Origin: Auanema rhodensis | Lineage: Eukaryota > Animalia > Nematoda | DNA length: 64,000 bases | Direction of reading: 5' to 3' | Assembly (NCBI GenBank): GCA_964057225.1 | Contig: OZ059898.1 | Location: 3,348,001-3,412,000, forward strand | Shown here: positions 11,001 to 23,866 of the stretch, piece by piece | Layout of the letters: each line of letters opens with the position of its first letter | Position numbering within the stretch: the first letter of the stretch is position 1 | The notes under the pieces: generated by a model | Database searches by the model: none | Seen by the model: only the letters and a program-made list of their open reading frames with translations | Told to the model about the DNA's origin: nothing | Made by a program: the position numbers and the translations under genes

Positions 11001-14000
11001 TTTTCATCCTGAAGAATTAATTTTTTCGTTGAATAACGTTGTCCATCGTCTTTGCCTTGGAAAATCGAATCTAAAAACATCTACTTTTCGCTAAATTATT
11101 TTGAAATTTTTCGAAAAAATTTTTGTCAAAATGTTTTTGGAAGCAATGTTGAGTGTACATGGAAACTCAACATACACTAATGCATCATTTTTCAAACGAT
11201 CATAACTAATTTTTGTATCACGCGTTTTTCAATGTAGTATAGTGCATTCGATGCGGATTTTTAAGCTGCGTCGATCTGTGTTATCAGATTTGCGCTAGCT
11301 TAAAAATGCACCGAGATATCAACTGATACAAGTTCACACTTATATCCTCGATTTTCACCCTGAAGAAATAATTTTTTCGTTGAATAACATTGTCCATTGT
11401 CTTTGCCTTGGAAAAAGGATTTTAAAAACATCTACTTTTTGCTAAATTATTCTGAAATTTTCCGAAAAAATTTTTGTCAAAATGTTTTTGGAAGCAATGT
11501 TGAGTGTACATGGAAACTCAACTTACACTAATGCATCATTTTTCAAACGATCATAACTAATTTTTGTATCAAGCGTTTTTCAATGTAGTAGAGTGCATTC
11601 GATGCGGATTTTTAAGCTGCGTCGATCTGTGTTATCAGATTTGCGCTAGCTTAAAAATGCACCGAGATATCAACTGATATAAGTTCACACTTATATCCTC
11701 GATTTTCACCCTGAAGAATTAACTTTTTCGTTGAATAACATTGTCTATCGTCTTTGCCTTGAAAAATGGAATCTAAAAACATCTACTTTTTGGTAAACTA
11801 TTTTGAAATTTTTCGAAAAAATTTTTGTCAAAATGTTTTTGGAAGCAATGTTGAGTGTACATGGAAACTCAACATACACTAATGCATCATTTTTCAAACG
11901 ATCATAACTAATTTTTGTATTAAGCGTTTTTTAATGTAGTATAGTGCATTCGATCCGGATTTTTAAGCTGCGTCGATCTGTGTTATCAGATTTGCGCTAG
12001 CTTAAAAATGCACCGAGATATCAACTGATATAAGTTCACACTTATATCCTCGATTTTCACCCTGAAGAAATAATTTTTTCGTTGAATAACATTGTCCATC
12101 GTCTTTGCCTTGAAAAATCAAATCTAAAAACATCTACTTTTCGCTAAATTATTTTGAAATTTTTCGAAAAAATTTTTGTCAAAATGTTTTTGGAAGCAAT
12201 GTTGAGTGTACATGGAAACTCAACATACACTAATGCATCATTTTTCAAACGATCATAACTAATTTTTGTATCAAGCGTTTTTCAATGTAGTAGAGTGCAT
12301 TCGATGCGGATTTTTAAGCTGCGTCGATCTGTGTTATCAGATTTGCGCTAGCTTAAAAATGCACCGAGATATCAACTGATATAAGTTCACACTTATATCC
12401 TCGATTTTCACCCTGAAGAATTAACTTTTTCGTTGAATAACATTGTCTATCGTCTTTGCCTTGAAAAATGGAATCTAAAAACATCTACTTTTTGGTAAAC
12501 TATTTTGAAATTTTTCGAAAAAATTTTTGTCAAAATGTTTTTGGAAGCAATGTTGAGTGTACATGGAAACTCAACATACACTAATGCATCATTTTTCAAA
12601 CGATCATAACTAATTTTTGTATCAAGCGTTTCTCAATGTATTATAGTGCATTCGATCCGGATTTTTAAGCTGCGTCGATCTGTGTTATCAGATTTGCGCT
12701 AGCTTAAAAATGCACCGAGATATCAACTGATATAAGTTCACACTTATATCCTCGATTTTCACCCTGAAGAATTAATTTTTTCGTTGAATAACATTGTCCA
12801 TCGTCTTTGCCTTGAAAAAAGGAATCTAAAAACATCTACTTTTTGCTAAATTATTTTGAAATTTTCCGAAAAAATTTTTGTCAAAATGTTTTTGGAAGCA
12901 ATGTTGAGTGTACATGGAAACTCAACATACACTAATGCATCATTTTTCAAACGATCATAACTAATTTTTGTATTAAGCGTTTTTCAATGTAGTATAGTGC
13001 ATTCGATCCGGATTTTTAAGCTGCGTCGATCTGTGTTATCAGATTTGCGCTAGCTTAAAAATGCACCGAGATATCAACTGATATAAGTTCACACTTATAT
13101 CCTCGATTTTCACCCTGAAGAAATAATTTTTTCGTTGAATAACATTGTCCATCGTCTTTGCCTTGAAAAATCAAATCTAAAAACATCTACTTTTCGCTAA
13201 ATTATTTTGAAATTTTTCGAAAAAATTTTTGTCAAAATGTTTTTGGAAGCAATGTTGAGTGTACATGGAAACTCAACATACACTAATGCATCATTTTTCA
13301 AACGATCATAACTAATTTTTGTATCAAGCGTTTTTCAATGTAGTAGAGTGCATTCGATGCGGATTTTTAAGCTGCGTCGATCTGTGTTATCAGATTTGCG
13401 CTAGCTTAAAAATGCACCGAGATATCAACTGATATAAGTTCACACTTATATCCTCGATTTTCACCCTGAAGAATTAACTTTTTCGTTGAATAACATTGTC
13501 TATCGTCTTTGCCTTGAAAAATGGAATCTAAAAACATCTACTTTTTGGTAAACTATTTTGAAATTTTTCGAAAAAATTTTTGTCAAAATGTTTTTGGAAG
13601 CAATGTTGAGTGTACATGGAAACTCAACATACACTAATGCATCATTTTTCAAACGATCATAACTAATTTTTGTATCAAGCGTTTCTCAATGTATTATAGT
13701 GCATTCGATCCGGATTTTTAAGCTGCGTCGATCTGTGTTATCAGATTTGCGCTAGCTTAAAAATGCACCGAGATATCAACTGATATAAGTTCACACTTAT
13801 ATCCTCGATTTTCACCCTGAAGAATTAATTTTTTCGTTGAATAACATTGTCCATCGTCTTTGCCTTGAAAAAAGGAATCTAAAAACATCTACTTTTTGCT
13901 AAATTATTTTGAAATTTTCCGAAAAAATTTTTGTCAAAATGTTTTTGGAAGCAATGTTGAGTGTACATGGAAACTCAACATACACTAATGCATCATTTTT

Positions 14001-15781
14001 CAAACGATCATAACTAATTTTTGTATCACGCGTTTTTCAATGTAGTATAGTGCATTCGATGCGGATTTTTAAGCGGCGTCGATCTGTGTTATCAGATTTG
14101 CGCTAGCTTAAAAATGCACCGAGATATCAACTGATATAAGTTCACACTTATATCCTCGATTTTCACCCTGAAGAATTAACTTTTTCGTTGAATAACATTG
14201 TCTATCGTCTTTGCCTTAAAAAATGGAATCTAAAAACATCTACTTTTTGGTAAACTATTTTGAAATTTTTCGAAAAAATTTTTGTCAAAATGTTTTTGGA
14301 AGCAATGTTGAGTGTACATGGAAACTCAACATACACTAATGCATCATTTTTCAAACGATCATAACTAATTTTTGTATCAAGCGTTTCTCAATGTATTATA
14401 GTGCATTCGATCCGGATTTTTAAGCTGCGTCGATCTGTGTTATCAGATTTGCGCTAGCTTAAAAATGCACCGAGATATCAACTGATATAAGTTCACACTT
14501 ATATCCTCGATTTTCACCCTGAAGAATTAATTTTTTCGTTGAATAACATTGTCCATCGTCTTTGCCTTGAAAAAAGGAATCTAAAAACATCTACTTTTTG
14601 CTAAATTATTTTGAAATTTTCCGAAAAAATTTTTGTCAAAATGTTTTTGGAAGCAATGTTGAGTGTACATGGAAACTCAACATACACTAATGCATCATTT
14701 TTCAAACGATCATAACTAATTTTTGTATTAAGCGTTTTTCAATGTAGTATAGTGCAATCGATGCGGATTTTTAAACTGCGTCGATCTGTGTTATCAGATT
14801 TGCGCTAGCTTAAAAATGCACCGAGATATCAAATGATATAAGTTCACACTTATATCCTCGATTTTCATCCTGAAGAATTAATTTTTTCGTTGAATAACGT
14901 TGTCCATCGTCTTTGCCTTGGAAAATCGAATCTAAAAACATCTACTTTTCGCTAAATTATTTTGAAATTTTTCGAAAAAATTTTTGTCAAAATGTTTTTG
15001 GAAGCAATGTTGAGTGTACATGGAAACTCAACATACACTAATGCATCATTTTTCAAACGATCATAACTAATTTTTGTATCACGCGTTTTTCAATGTAGTA
15101 TAGTGCATTCGATGCGGATTTTTAAGCTGCGTCGATCTGTGTTATCAGATTTGCGCTAGCTTAAAAATGCACCGAGATATCAACTGATACAAGTTCACAC
15201 TTATATCCTCGATTTTCACCCTGAAGAAATAATTTTTTCGTTGAATAACATTGTCCATTGTCTTTGCCTTGGAAAAAGGATTTTAAAAACATCTACTTTT
15301 TGCTAAATTATTCTGAAATTTTCCGAAAAAATTTTTGTCAAAATGTTTTTGGAAGCAATGTTGAGTGTACATGGAAACTCAACTTACACTAATGCATCAT
15401 TTTTCAAACGATCATAACTAATTTTTGTATCAAGCGTTTTTCAATGTAGTAGAGTGCATTCGATGCGGATTTTTAAGCTGCGTCGATCTGTGTTATCAGA
15501 TTTGCGCTAGCTTAAAAATGCACCGAGATATCAACTGATATAAGTTCACACTTATATCCTCGATTTTCACCCTGAAGAATTAACTTTTTCGTTGAATAAC
15601 ATTGTCTATCGTCTTTGCCTTGAAAAATGGAATCTAAAAACATCTACTTTTTGGTAAACTATTTTGAAATTTTTCGAAAAAATTTTTGTCAAAATGTTTT
15701 TGGAAGCAATGTTGAGTGTACATGGAAACTCAACATACACTAATGCATCATTTTTCAAACGATCATAACTAATTTTTGTAT
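8060..15781. repeat. Tandem duplication of an 11-monomer block (period 3861 bp; M24-M34 / M35-M45)
   Basis: Private variants occur exactly twice, 3861 bp apart: aagcGgcg at 10214/14075 and caacTtac at 11523/15384, plus ccttAaa and catTgtc. Monomer haplotype order is the same in both copies. End points are approximate. Confidence 0.9.
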
Positions 15782-18700
15782 CAAGCGTTTCTCAATGTAT
15801 TATAGTGCATTCGATCCGGATTTTTAAGCTGCGTCGATCTGTGTTATCAGATTTGCGCTAGCTTAAAAATGCACCGAGATATCAACTGATATAAGTTCAC
15901 ACTTATATCCTCGATTTTCACCCTGAAGAATTAATTTTTTCGTTGAATAACATTGTCCATCGTCTTTGCCTTGAAAAAAGGAATCTAAAAACATCTACTT
16001 TTTGCTAAATTATTTTGAAATTTTCCGAAAAAATTTTTGTCAAAATGTTTTTGGAAGCAATGTTGAGTGTACATGGAAACTCAACATACACTAATGCATC
16101 ATTTTTCAAACGATCATAACTAATTTTTGTATTAAGCGTTTTTCAATGTAGTATAGTGCAATCGATGCGGATTTTTAAACTGCGTCGATCTGTGTTATCA
16201 GATTTGCGCTAGCTTAAAAATGCACCGAGATATCAAATGATATAAGTTCACACTTATATCCTCGATTTTCATCCTGAAGAATTAATTTTTTCGTTGAATA
16301 ACGTTGTCCATCGTCTTTGCCTTGGAAAATCGAATCTAAAAACATCTACTTTTCGCTAAATTATTTTGAAATTTTTCGAAAAAATTTTTGTCAAAATGTT
16401 TTTGGAAGCAATGTTGAGTGTACATAGAAACTCAACATACACTAATGCATAATTTTTTAAACGATCATAACTAATTTTTTTATTAAGCGTTTTTCAATGT
16501 AGTATAGTGCATTCGATGCGGATTTTTAAGCTGCGTCGATCTGTGTTATCAGATTTGCGCTAGCTTAAAAATGCACCGAGATATCAACTGATACAAGTTC
16601 ACACTTATATCCTCGATTTTCACCCTGAAGAAATAATTTTTTCGTTGAATAACATTGTCCATCGTCTTTGCCTTGAAAAAAGGATTTTAAAAACATCTAC
16701 TTTTTGCTAAATTATTTTGAAATTTTTCGAAAAAATTTTTGTCAAAATGTTTTTGGAAGCAATGTTGAGTGTACATGGAAACTCAACATACACTAATGCA
16801 TCATTTTTCAAACGATCATAACTAATTTTTGTATCAAGCGTTTTTCAATGTAGTATAGTGCATTCGATGCGGATTTTTAAGCTGCGTCGATCTGTGTTAT
16901 CAGATTTGCGCTAGCTTAAAAATGCACCGAGATATCAACTGATACAAGTTCACACTTATATCCTCGATTTTCACCCTGAAGAAATAATTTTTTCGTTGAA
17001 TAACATTGTCCATCGTCTTTGCCTTGAAAAAAGGATTTTAAAAACATCTACTTTTTGCTAAATTATTCTGAAATTTTCCGAAAAAATTTTTGTCAAAATG
17101 TTTTTGGAAGCAATGTTGAGTGTACATGGAAACTCAACATACACTAATGCATCATTTTTCAAACGATCATAACTAATTTTTGTATTAAGCGTTTTTTAAT
17201 GTAGTATAGTGCATTCGATCCGGATTTTTAAGCTGCGTCGATCTGTGTTATCAGATTTGCGCTAGCTTAAAAATGCACCGAGATATCAACTGATATAAGT
17301 TCACACTTATATCCTCGATTTTCACCCTGAAGAATTAATTTTCTCGTTGAATAACATTGTCCATCGTCTTTGCCTTGAAAAAAGGAATCTAAAAACATCT
17401 ACTTTTTGCTAAATTAATTTGAAATTTTCCGAAAAAATTTTTGTCAAAATGTTTTTAGAAGCAATGTTGAGTGTACATGGAAACTCAACATACACTAATG
17501 CATCATTTTTCAAACGATCATAACTAATTTTTGTATTAAGCGTTTTTCCATGTAGTATAGTGCAATCGATGCGGATTTTTAAGCTGCGTCGATCTGTGTT
17601 ATCAGATTTGCGCTAGCTTAAAAATGCACCGAGATATCAACTGATATAAGTTCACACTTATATCCTCGATTTTCATCCTGAAGAATTAATTTTTTCGTTG
17701 AATAACATTGTCCATCGTCTTTGCCTTGAAAAATCAAATCTAAAAACATCTACTTTTCGCTAAATTATTTTGAAATTTTTCGAAAAAATTTTTGTCAAAA
17801 TGTTTTTGGAAGCAATGTTGAGTGTACATGGAAACTCAACATACACTAATGCATCATTTTTCAAACGATCATAACTAATTTTTGTATCAAGCGTTTTTCA
17901 ATGTAGTAGAGTGCATTCGATGCGGATTTTTAAGCTGCGTCGATCTGTGTTATCAGATTTGCGCTAGCTTAAAAATGCACCGAGATATCAACTGATATAA
18001 GTTCACACTTATATCCTCGATTTTCACCCTGAAGAATTAACTTTTTCGTTGAATAACATTGTCTATCGTCTTTGCCTTGAAAAATGGAATCTAAAAACAT
18101 CTACTTTTTGGTAAACTATTTTGAAATTTTTCGAAAAAATTTTTGTCAAAATGTTTTTGGAAGCAATGTTGAGTGTACATGGAAACTCAACATACACTAA
18201 TGCATCATTTTTCAAACGATCTAAACTAATTTTTGTATCAAGCGTTTTTTAATGTAGTATAGTGCATTCGATCCGGATTTTTAAGCTGCGTCGATCTGTG
18301 TTATCAGATTTGCGCTAGCTTAAAAATGCACCGAGATATCAACTGATATAAGTTCACACTTATATCCTCGATTTTCACCCTGAAGAAATAATTTTTTCGT
18401 TGAATAACATCGTCCATCGTCTTTGCCTTGAAAAAAGGAATCTAAAAACATCTACTTTTTGCTAAATTATTTTGAAATTTTTCGAAAAAATTTTTGTCAA
18501 AATGTTTTTGGAAGCAATGTTGAGTGTACATGGAAACTCAACATACACTAATGCATCATTTTTCAAACGATCATAACTAATTTTTGTATCAAGCGTTTCT
18601 TAATGTAGTATAGTGCATTCGATCCGGATTTTTAAGCTGCGTCGATCTGTGTTATCAGATTTGCGCTAGCTTAAAAATGCACCGAGATATCAACTGATAT

Positions 18701-21700
18701 AAGTTCACACTTATATCCTCGATTTTCACCCTGAAGAAATAATTTTTTCGTTGAATAACATCGTCCATCGTCTTTGCCTTGAAAAAAGGAATCTAAAAAC
18801 ATCTACTTTTTGCTAAATTATTTTGAAATTTTTCGAAAAAATTTTTGTCAAAATGTTTTTGGAAGCAATGTTGAGTGTACATGGAAACTCAACATACACT
18901 AATGCATCATTTTTCAAACGATCATAACTAATTTTTGTATCAAGCGTTTCTTAATGTAGTATAGTGCATTCGATCCGGATTTTTAAGCTGCGTCGATCTG
19001 TGTTATCAGATTTGCGCTAGCTTAAAAATGCACCGAGATATCAACTGATACAAGTTCACACTTATATCCTCGATTTTCACCCTGAAGAAATAATTTTTTC
19101 GTTGAATAACATTGTCCATCGTCTTTGCCTTGAAAAAAGGATTTTAAAAACATCTACTTTTTGCTAAATTATTTTGAAATTTTTCGAAAAAATTTTTGTC
19201 AAAATGTTTTTGGAAGCAATGTTGAGTGTACATGGAAACTCAACATACACTAATGCATCATTTTTCAAACGATCTAAACTAATTTTTGTATCAAGCGTTT
19301 TTCAATGTAGTATAGTGCATTCGATGCGGATTTTTAAGCTGCGTCGATCTGTGTTATCAGATTTGCGCTAGCTTAAAAATGCACCGAGATATCAACTGAT
19401 ATAAGTTCACACTTATATCCTCGATTTTCACCCTGAAGAAATAATTTTTTCGTTGAATAACATCGTCCATCGTCTTTGCCTTGAAAAAAGGAATCTAAAA
19501 ACATCTACTTTTTGCTAAATTATTTTGAAATTTTTCGAAAAAATTTTTGTCAAAATGTTTTTGGAAGCAATGTTGAGTGTACATGGAAACTCAACATACA
19601 CTAATGCATCATTTTTCAAACGATCATAACTAATTTTTGTATTAAGCGTTTTTCAATGTAGTATAGTGCATTCGATGCGGATTTTTAGGCTGCGTCGATC
19701 TGTGTTATCAGATTTGCGCTAGCTTAAAAATGCACCGAGATATCAACTGATATAAGTTCACACTTATATCCTCGATTTTCACCCTGAAGAATTAATTTTT
19801 TCGTTGAATAACATTGTCTATCGTCTTTGCCTTGAGAAATGGAATCTAAAAACATCTACTTTTTGCTAAATTATTTTGAAATTTTTCGAAAAAATTTTTG
19901 TCAAAATGTTTTTGGAAGCAATGTTGAGTGTACATGGAAACTCAACATACACTAATGCATCATTTTTCAAACGATCATAACTAATTTTTGTATCAAGCGT
20001 TTCTCAATGTAGTATAGTGCATTCGATCCGGATTTTTAAGCTGCGTCGATCTGTGTTATCAGATTTGCGCTAGCTTAAAAATGCAACGAGATATCAACTG
20101 ATATAAGTTCACACTTATATCCTCGATTTTCACCCTGAAGAAATAATTTTTTCGTTGAATAACATTGTCCATCGTCTTTGCTTTGAAAAAAGGAATCTAA
20201 AAACATCTACTTTTTGCTAAATTATTTTGAAATTTTTCGAAAAAATTTTTGTCAAAACTTTTTGGAAGCAATGTTGAGTGTACATGGAAACTCAACATAC
20301 ACTAATGCATCATTTTTCAAACGATCATAACTAATTTTTGTATTAAGCGTTTTTCAATGTAGTATAGTGCATTCGATGCGGATTTTTAAGCTGCGTCGAT
20401 CTGTGTTATCAGATTTGCGCTAGCTTAAAAATGCACCGAGATATCAACTGATATAAGTTCACACTTATATCCTCGATTTTCATCCTGAAGAATTAATTTT
20501 TTCGTTGAATAACATTGTCCATCGTCTTTGCCTTGAAAAATCGAATCTAAAAACATCTACTTTTTGCTAAATTATTTTGAAATTTTTCGAAAAAATTTTT
20601 GTCAAAATGTTTTTGGAAGCAATGTTGAGTGTACATGGAAACTCAACATACACTAATGCATCATTTTTCAAACGATCATAACTAATTTTTGTATCAAGCG
20701 TTTTTCAATGTAGTATAGTGCATTCGATGCGGATTTTTAAGCTGCGTCGATCTGTGTTATCAGATTTGCGCTAGCTTAAAAATGCACCGAGATATCAACT
20801 GATATAAGTTCACACTTATATCCTCGATTTTCACCCTGAAGAATTAATTTTCTCGTTGAATAACATTGTCCATCGTCTTTGCCTTGAAAAAAGGAATCTA
20901 AAAACATCTACTTTTTGCTAAATTATTTTGAAATTTTTCGAAAAAATTTTTGTCAAAATGTTTTTGGAAGCAATGTTGAGTGTACATGGAAACTCAACAT
21001 ACACTAATGCATCATTTTTCAAACGATCATAACTAATTTTTGTATCAAGCGTTTCTTAATGTAGTATAGTGCATTCGATCCGGATTTTTAAGCTGCGTCG
21101 ATCTATGTTATCAGATTTGCGCTAGCTTAAAAATGCACCGAGATATCAACTGATATAAGTTCACACTTATATCCTCGATTTTCATCCTGAAGAATTAATT
21201 TTTTCGTTGAATAACATTGTCCATCGTTTTTGCCTTGAAAAATCGAATCTAAAAACATCTACTTTTCGCTAAATTATTTTGAAATTTTTCGAAAAAATTT
21301 TTGTCAAAATGTTTTTGGAAGCAATGTTGAGTGTACATGGAAACTCAACATACACTAATGCATCATTTTTCAAACGATCATAACTAATTTTTGTATCAAG
21401 CGTTTTTCAATGTAGTATAGTGCATTCGATGCGGATTTTTAAGCTGCGTCGATCTGTGTTATCAGATTTGCGCTAGCTTAAAAATGCACCGAGATATCAA
21501 CTGATACAAGTTCACACTTATATCCTCGATTTTCACCCTGAAGAAATAATTTTTTCGTTGAATAACATTGTCCATCGTCTTTGCCTTGAAAAAAGGATTT
21601 TAAAAACATCTACTTTTTGCTAAATTATTTTGAAATTTTTCGAAAAAATTTTTGTCAAAATGTTTTTGGAAGCAATGTTGAGTGTACATGGAAACTCAAC

Positions 21701-23866
21701 ATACACTAATGCATCATTTTTCAAACGATCATAACTAATTTTTGTATCAAGCGTTTTTCAATGTAGTATAGTGCATTCGATGCGGATTTTTAAGCTGCGT
21801 CGATCTGTGTTATCAGATTTGCGCTAGCTTAAAAATGCACCGAGATATCAACTGATATAAGTTCACACTTATATCCTCGATTTTCACCCTGAAGAAATAA
21901 TTTTTTCGTTGAATAACATTGTCCATCGTCTTTGCCTTGAAAAAAGGATTTTAAAAACATCTACTTTTTGCTAAATTATTTTGAAATTTTTCGAAAAAAT
22001 TTTTGTCAAAATGTTTTTGGAAGCAATGTTGAGTGTACATGGAAACTCAACATACACTAATGCATCATTTTTCAAACGATCATAACTAATTTTTGTATCA
22101 AGCGTTTCTTAATGTAGTATAGTGCATTCGATCCGGATTTTTAAGCTGCGTCGATCTGTGTTATCAGATTTGCGCTAGCTTAAAAATGCACCGAGATATC
22201 AACTGATATAAGTTCACACTTATATCCTCGATTTTCACCCTGAAGAAATAATTTTTTCGTTAAATAACATCGTCCATCGTCTTTGCCTTGAAAAAAGAAA
22301 TCTAAAAACATCTACTTTTTGCTAAATTATTTTGAAATTTTTCGAAAAAATTTTTGTCAAAATGTTTTTGGAAGCAATGTTGAGTGTACATGGAAACTCA
22401 ACATACACTAATGCATCATTTTTCAAACGATCATAACTAATTTTTGTATTAAGCGTTTTTCAATGTAGTATAGTGCATTCGATGCGGATTTTTAAGCTGC
22501 GTCGATCTGTGTTATCAGATTTGCGCTAGCTTAAAAATGCACCGAGATATCAACTGATATAAGTTCACACTTATATCCTCGATTTTCACCCTGAAGAATT
22601 AATTTTTTCGTTGAATAACATTGTCTATCGTCTTTGCCTTGAGAAAAGGAATCTAAAAACATCTACTTTTTGCTAAATTATTTTGAAATTTTTCGAAAAA
22701 ATTTTTGTCAAAATGTTTTTGGAAGCAATGTTGAGTGTACATGGAAACTCAACATACACTAATGCATCATTTTTCAAACGATCATAACTAATTTTTGTAT
22801 CAAGCGTTTCTCAATGTAGTATAGTGCATTCGATCCGGATTTTTAAGCTGCGTCGATCTGTGTTATCAGATTTGCGCTAGCTTAAAAATGCACCGAGATA
22901 TCAACTGATACAAGTTCACACTTATATCCTCGATTTTCACCCTGAAGAAATAATTTTTTCGTTGAATAACATGGTCCATCGTCTTTGCCTTGAAAAAAGG
23001 ATTTTAAAAACATCTACTTTTTGCTAAATTATTTTGAAATTTTTCGAAAAAATTTTTGTCAAAATGTTTTTGGAAGCAATGTTGAGTGTACATGGAAACT
23101 CAACATACACTAATGCATCATTTTTCAAACGATCATAACTAATTTTTGTATTAAGCGTTTTTCAATGTAGTATAGTGCATTCGATGCGGATTTTTAAGCT
23201 GCGTCGATCTGTGTTATCAGATTTGCGCTAGCTTAAAAATGCACCGAGATATCAACTGATATAAGTTCACACTTATATCCTCGATTTTCACCCTGAAGAA
23301 ATAATTTTTTCGTTGAATAACATTGTCCATCGTCTTTGCCTTGAAAAATCGAATCTAAAAACATCTACTTTTCGCTAAATTATTTTGAAATTTTTCGAAA
23401 AAATTTTTGTCAAAATGTTTTTGGAAGCAATGTTGAGTGTACATGGAAACTCAACATACACTAATGCATCATTTTTCAAACGATCATAACTAATTTTTGT
23501 ATTAAGCGTTTTTCAATGTAGTATAGTGCATTCGATGCGGATTTTTAAGCTGCGTCGATCTGTGTTATCAGATTTGCGCTAGCTTAAAAATGCACCGAGA
23601 TATCAACTGATATAAGTTCACACTTATATCCTCGATTTTCACCCTGAAGAATTAATTTTTTCGTTGAATAACATTGTCTATCGTCTTTGCCTTGAGAAAT
23701 GGAATCTAAAAACATCTACTTTTTGCTAAATTATTTTGAAATTTTTCGAAAAAATTTTTGTCAAAATTTTTTGGAAGCAATGTTGAGTGTACATGGAAAC
23801 TCAACATACACTAATGCATCATTTTTCAAACGATCATAACTAATTTTTGTATCAAGCGTTTCTCAA

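Noticed and set aside
19174-19371. 65-aa ORF in the supplied track
   Set aside because: It is satellite sequence with a TTG start. It is open only because the AT>TA change at 19275-19276 removes the TAA present in almost all other copies. In M52, which has the same change, another variant creates a stop just downstream. I recognise no protein motif.
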